Assembly: GCA_018263355.1 (NCBI GenBank)
Contig: JAANXH010000054.1
Location: forward strand, 2,779-66,778
Direction of reading: 5' to 3'
Length of the DNA: 64,000 bases
Origin: Candidatus Woesearchaeota archaeon
Lineage (GTDB): Archaea > Nanobdellota > Nanobdellia > Woesearchaeales > JAGVZT01
The position numbers were made by a program, and so were the translations under genes. This document shows, in pieces, positions 59,359 through 64,000 of this stretch (positions are counted from its first letter, which is position 1; each line of letters opens with the position of its first letter). The notes beneath the pieces are model-generated. The model was not told where the DNA came from. It searched no databases and worked only from the letters and a program-made list of their open reading frames with translations.

Positions 59359-59817
59359 TCAACCAACAATATCAACAGTCTCAAACATAGACTTTAAGCC
59401 TTTTTTCAAAGACTTTTTATTACAAATCCTATTATGTACATATGGCTTTATAACCCATTTTCTCTGCAGCGAGGATTCTTGATTAAAAAATATCAATTTC
59501 AAATCTGGATTTTTAGATATTTCTTCCCAATCATTTACCAGAGTTTTGAAATTATGTTTTGAATTTATTGCAACAATAATAGGATTTGATTTAAGGCCAG
59601 AAAAATCAACATCTTCTAAATTAACAATAGGATAATAATGCTCTACTTTATCAGACTTATATTTAACAATAATAACACCTTTTTCTTCCAACATCTCTTT
59701 CATCTTTTTATGATAAGCATTAACAAATTTGATATAGTTTTTTACCCATTCAAACACATCTTCTTGCTTCATAAATTGAGAGCATATATTTTTACTTAAA
59801 AACTTTTTGATAATCAT
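59359..59817 (-). CDS. hypothetical protein
   Basis: 152 aa ORF. Confidence 0.45.
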   Translation of the reverse strand: MIIKKFLSKNICSQFMKQEDVFEWVKNYIKFVNAYHKKMKEMLEEKGVIIVKYKSDKVEHYYPIVNLEDVDFSGLKSNPIIVAINSKHNFKTLVNDWEEISKNPDLKLIFFNQESSLQRKWVIKPYVHNRICNKKSLKKGLKSMFETVDIVG

Positions 59818-59855
59818 ATCAAAATTTATATACTCTCAGCTCTTATCTAAAAACT

Positions 59856-61049
59856 ATGAAATTTGCTCACATGGCAGACTGTCATATTGGAAGCTGGTCA
59901 GATCCAAAACTAAGAGAGTTAAGCACTAAAGCTTTTCAAAGAGCAATTGACATTTGTATTGATAAAAAAGTAGAATTTATACTAATCTCTGGAGACTTAT
60001 TTCACACAGCACTTCCTGCAATTGAAAGCTTGAAAGCAGCAGTAGAAAAACTAAAACAAGCCAAAGATAACAATATCAATGTATATGTGTTGGCTGGAAG
60101 CCATGATTATTCTCCAAGTGGAAAAACAATTCTAGAAGTCTTAGACAAAGCGGGAATAATAACAGATATAACCAATAAAAAAACATTTGCAGTTCAGGGC
60201 AGAGCAAAAATCACAGGAATCCATGGCAGGCGAGGATCACTAGAAAAACAAGAATATGATAAACTAAACAAGCAAGAACTTGAAAATGCTTCTGGTTTTA
60301 AGATCTTTATGTTTCACTCAGCAATAAGTGAAATACAAATGTCTGGACTAGATATGATTGAAAAATTATCTATAAAACAATTTCCAAAAAACTTTGATTA
60401 CTATGCAGGTGGTCATGTTCACCAGATAATTGAAAAAAACATTCCTGATTACGGCAAAATAATCTATCCAGGACCAACATTTCCAGATACATTCAAAGAA
60501 CTAGAAGAACTAAAACAAGGAGGATTTTACATAATTGAAAAAAATCCAGAAACAAATCTTCAAACAGAGTATATTCCACTTAATATGTGTAGTGTATTTT
60601 CAATAAACATGGACTGCAACCAAAAAACAAGTGAAGAAGTTAATGCACAGCTAAAAGAACTAGTTTCACAAAAAGAATTTATTCATACTATTGTAACCAT
60701 TAGATTATTTGGCGAACTAAAAACAGGAAAAACATCAGACATTAACTTTAGGTCATTGAGAAAAAATCTTGAAACAAAAGGAGCAATCTCAATTCTAAGA
60801 AACACAAGCAAATTAAGTTCTAAAGAATTTAAAGCAGTCAAGGTAGCCCAAGGTTCTGTTGATGAAGTGGAAAACATGATAATCAAAGAAAACTCAGACC
60901 AAATAAATGTGGAAGATTGGGATCAGCAAACACAGCAGCAAAAAATAGTAGAGCTCATGCAAATTCTCTCACAACAAAGAGCAGATGGAGAGCGGGTTGT
61001 AGATTTTGAAAAAAGAATAACTAAACAAGCTATGCAAATTCTCAAATAA
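59856..61049 (+). CDS. mre11: Mre11/SbcD-like DNA repair metallophosphoesterase
   Basis: FAHMADCHIG, ILISGDLFH, VLAGSHDY phosphoesterase motifs. Confidence 0.75.
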   Translation: MKFAHMADCHIGSWSDPKLRELSTKAFQRAIDICIDKKVEFILISGDLFHTALPAIESLKAAVEKLKQAKDNNINVYVLAGSHDYSPSGKTILEVLDKAGIITDITNKKTFAVQGRAKITGIHGRRGSLEKQEYDKLNKQELENASGFKIFMFHSAISEIQMSGLDMIEKLSIKQFPKNFDYYAGGHVHQIIEKNIPDYGKIIYPGPTFPDTFKELEELKQGGFYIIEKNPETNLQTEYIPLNMCSVFSINMDCNQKTSEEVNAQLKELVSQKEFIHTIVTIRLFGELKTGKTSDINFRSLRKNLETKGAISILRNTSKLSSKEFKAVKVAQGSVDEVENMIIKENSDQINVEDWDQQTQQQKIVELMQILSQQRADGERVVDFEKRITKQAMQILK

Positions 61050-61089
61050 ATTTACTAACTTTGTTTATTTTTTAGCCACTTTTTCTTCT

Positions 61090-61371
61090 TTAAGCAATTT
61101 TTTTGCAATAATAAAACACAACTAATGCAATTATTACAAAATTTATTAGCTCAGCCACAAAAGCACCTCATCCAAGAGAAACAGGTCCTAAAACCAATTT
61201 AGCTGTTTTCCAGTTTCCTCCAGGAATTAGTGGAGTAATAAGTGGCATAATAATATTGTCCACCAATGATTTAACCAAAGCTGTTGCAGCAGCGCCTATT
61301 ATGAATGCAATAGCTAAACCAATAACTTTATACTCTTTTAAAAATTCCAAAAATTCATCTTTAAATCCCAT
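61090..61371 (-). pseudogene. mscL: mscL-like gene with internal in-frame TGA: N-terminal 68 codons, TGA at 61168-61170, then 25 in-frame codons encoding the MscL TM2-like segment
   Basis: MGFKDEFLEFLKEYKVIGLAIAFIIGAAATALVKSLVDNIIMPLI..LGPVSLG * GAFVAELINFVIIALVVFYYCKKIA; both halves MscL-like and in same frame. Confidence 0.45.
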
Positions 61372-61398
61372 ATACTCACCCCATTTAATTCTTAGTTT

Positions 61399-61556
61399 GG
61401 CAGTGTTACAAATAGACTGATGGTGGTCAAAATTCGTCTGTGCCATGGATGACATGAAATAACCTTTTTGTTATTCGTGGCAGGGCCAGACGTAGTTTTT
61501 CTGCAGGAAAAACAGAGTAGGATTTTGAACAATATCAGTCACTCTGATACACCGCC
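61399..61556 (-). promoter_or_regulatory. repeat family D copy 2: structured leader element 5' of mscL
   Basis: see 41098-41267; GGTGAG Shine-Dalgarno-like 5 nt upstream of ATG at 61371. Confidence 0.55.
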
Positions 61557-61649
61557 TTAACTTGACATTGCCTGTCTTATGTATCACTACAAAATGCTAA
61601 AATTTATATATCAGTGTATCTTTTTGTAAACTACAAAAAAGAGGTTATA

Positions 61650-61931
61650 ATGAAAAAACCACTCAAAGAAGTGATAAATGAAGTTAAATATGATGACCTT
61701 ATTAAGCTTAGAAAAGACCTTGAAAAAGGTGGACTGCATACTAAATCTTTGGTTACTCAAAAATTAAAAGACATTGAAATTAATGAAATGAAAGTATGTG
61801 CAACCTGTGGAGTTAGAATTAATCCTTACAAACTAGATGAATATGTTTTATTCTTTGGTCCAAGTGATTTTAAGAAAAAAGGTTATTTTTGTGGCAAAGA
61901 TTGCTTAAAGCATTTTCTAAACAAGCATTGA
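61650..61931 (+). CDS. small zinc-ribbon-like hypothetical protein
   Basis: CATCG..CGKDC cysteine pairs. Confidence 0.4.
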   Translation: MKKPLKEVINEVKYDDLIKLRKDLEKGGLHTKSLVTQKLKDIEINEMKVCATCGVRINPYKLDEYVLFFGPSDFKKKGYFCGKDCLKHFLNKH

Positions 61932-61960
61932 AAAGATTTAAAAGAAAAGTCTTATTAGTT

Positions 61961-62515
61961 ATGAATATGATGGAATATCAGCATGGATTAAAAATCCCAA
62001 AAAATAGAATTGCAGTTCTTATTGGAACAAAAGGAGTTGTTAAGCGTAAGTTAGAGCAAAGCACAAATACAAATATATTTGTTGACTCAGATGAAGGGGA
62101 TGTACTTGTTAAAGGAGAAGATACAATCAAAGTATATCAAGCACAAGAAATTGTAAAAGCAATTGGTAGAGGATTTAATCCAGACACTGCAATGCTGCTC
62201 TTAAAACAAGATTATGGTTTTGATATTCTAAATATTAAAGATTATATAAGTAATCCAAAACAAATCAAGAGATTAAAAGGCAGAGTGATTGGCAGTAAAG
62301 GTAAATCAAGAAGAACTCTTGAAGAGCTAACAAAAACATACATAAGTGTGTACGGTAAAACAATTGGAATAATAGGAGAAGTATCTAATGTTGCATTTGC
62401 AAGAAGAGCAGTTGAAATGCTGCTGGAAGGAAGCATGCATGCAACAGTGTTTAAAATGTTAGAAAAAGCAAGACGTTCAATCAGATTTAAAAAAATAGGT
62501 GGTAAAAATATCTAA
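61961..62515 (+). CDS. KH-domain RNA-binding protein, Dim2/Pno1-like (two KH domains)
   Basis: IGTKGVVKRKLE and IGSKGKSRRTLEE KH GxxG loops. Confidence 0.7.
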   Translation: MNMMEYQHGLKIPKNRIAVLIGTKGVVKRKLEQSTNTNIFVDSDEGDVLVKGEDTIKVYQAQEIVKAIGRGFNPDTAMLLLKQDYGFDILNIKDYISNPKQIKRLKGRVIGSKGKSRRTLEELTKTYISVYGKTIGIIGEVSNVAFARRAVEMLLEGSMHATVFKMLEKARRSIRFKKIGGKNI

Positions 62516-62516
62516 A

Positions 62517-64000
62517 GGTACAATAGCATATGAATTAGCAAAAGGTCAAAGAGATATTAGCATAGCAGAATTTTTTAGCAGGAACAGACATTTATTAGGT
62601 TTTGATAATCCAAAAAAAGCATTACTTACAACCATAAAAGAAGCAGTGGACAATAGTCTTGATGCTTGTGAAGAAGCAGATATTCTTCCTGAAATTGAGA
62701 TTCAGGCAATAGACATGGGAGATGATCGTTTTAAGGTTGTTATTGAAGATAATGGACCAGGAATTGTTAAAAAACAGGTTCCAAAGATTTTTGCAAAACT
62801 TTTATACGGCTCAAAATTTTTTAAGCTTTCACAAAGTAGAGGTCAGCAAGGTATTGGAATAAGTGCTTCTGTAATGTATGGTCAGCTCACAACAGGAAGG
62901 CCGGCAAAAATTATCTCTAAAATTTCAAAAAACGATCCTGCACATTATTATGAGTTAGTGATTGATACTAAAAAGAATAAACCAGATATTATAAAAGATG
63001 AGGTTGTTGAATGGGATAAAAATCGCGGCACAAGAGTTGAAATTGATCTTGAAGCAACTTACAGAAGAGGAAAGAGGAGTGTTGACGCATATCTAAAGTA
63101 TACAGCAGTGGTTAACCCACATGCAACAATAATATACACTTCCCCCAATGCAGAGCAAATAATATTTCCAAGAGTAACAGATAAACTTCCAGAAAAACCA
63201 CAAGAAATCAAGCCGCATCCTCATGGAGTGGAGCTTGGAAGATTAATAAAAATGCTTAACATCACTAAATGCAGAACTATTCAAAGTTTCTTAAAAGGCG
63301 AGTTTTCAAGTGTTGGAGCAGGAACTGCAAAAAAAATATGTGAAAATGCAGCACTCAGACCAAGCAGAACCACAAGCAGATTATCAAGAGAACAGGCAGA
63401 AAAATTACTAAAAGGAATCAAAAAAACTAAAATTATTTCACCGCCTACAAATTGTATTAGTCCTATTGGAGAAAAACTTCTAAAAAAAGGACTAAAAAAA
63501 GAGATAAATGCTGAATTTTATTGTACAGTTACCAGAAGCCCTTCTGTATACAGAGGAAATCCTTTTCTAGTTGAAGTAGGTATTGCTTATGGTGGAGACC
63601 AGCGAGCAGATTCAAAAGCTACCTTAATGAGATATGCAAATAGAGTACCTTTATTATACCAGAAAGGAGCATGTAGCATAACAAAAGCAGCTCGTGAAAC
63701 AAATTGGAGAAGTTATGGTTTAAGCCAAAGTTCTGGGAGCCTGCCAAAAGCTCCAGCAACAATCTTGGTGCACATAGCGTCTGTTTGGGTACCGTTCACA
63801 TCTGAAAGTAAGGAAGCAGTAGCCCATTATCCAGAAATTATCAAAGAAGTTACATTAGCTTTGCAGGAAGCTGGAAGAAAGCTTAAAAAATATGTTAAAA
63901 GAAAGAAAAAAGTCAAAGCAGAAATTAAAAAAAGGGATTTTATCAAAAAATATATCCCCCATATTGGTGGGGCATTAAAAGAACTCAATAATCTTGATGA
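62517..64000 (+). CDS. top6B: DNA topoisomerase VI subunit B (partial, continues past window end)
   Basis: Bergerat ATPase motifs EAVDNSLDA, DNGPGI, GxxGxG-like; no ATG found in frame near start (possible GTG at 62499). Confidence 0.85.

Noticed and set aside
61168-61170. Genome-wide UGA reassignment (UGA=Gly, as in some candidate phyla) to explain the in-frame TGA in mscL
   Set aside because: TGA terminates the TrmI and aaRS genes at the expected positions, and no large conserved gene contains an internal TGA.
1-64000. CRISPR array
   Set aside because: The repeat families are few, of different lengths, irregularly spaced and internally structured, with no short direct repeats alternating with unique spacers.

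Overview
AT-rich (about one-third GC) archaeal genome fragment. Archaeal markers are GatD/GatE, aIF5B, topoisomerase VI subunit B, a Dim2/Pno1-like KH protein, TrmI, a DRG GTPase, Mre11 and intron-containing tRNAs. My inference is a reduced-genome DPANN-type lineage. Coding density is high and mostly on the minus strand. Recognisable content: a glmS-glmM-glmU (UDP-GlcNAc) operon, a translationally coupled copper/thiol-redox operon, two giant cysteine-rich surface paralogs (one with a C-terminal GH25 muramidase domain), a RelE/AbrB-like TA pair and a possible AbiEi/AbiEii-like pair. The most unusual signal is non-coding. There are at least five families of short GC-rich structured repeats (A-E below), several showing compensatory base changes. 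One family-A copy sits in frame inside glmS, and families D and E sit in the 5' leaders of membrane transporter genes. I also reconstruct three tRNA genes that seem to have 2-3 introns each, including a homologous intron at the same T-loop position, from exact exon complementarity. No rRNA or CRISPR array was seen. All functional calls come from motif recognition by eye and the tRNA/repeat work is by-eye reconstruction; nothing was searched or computed.
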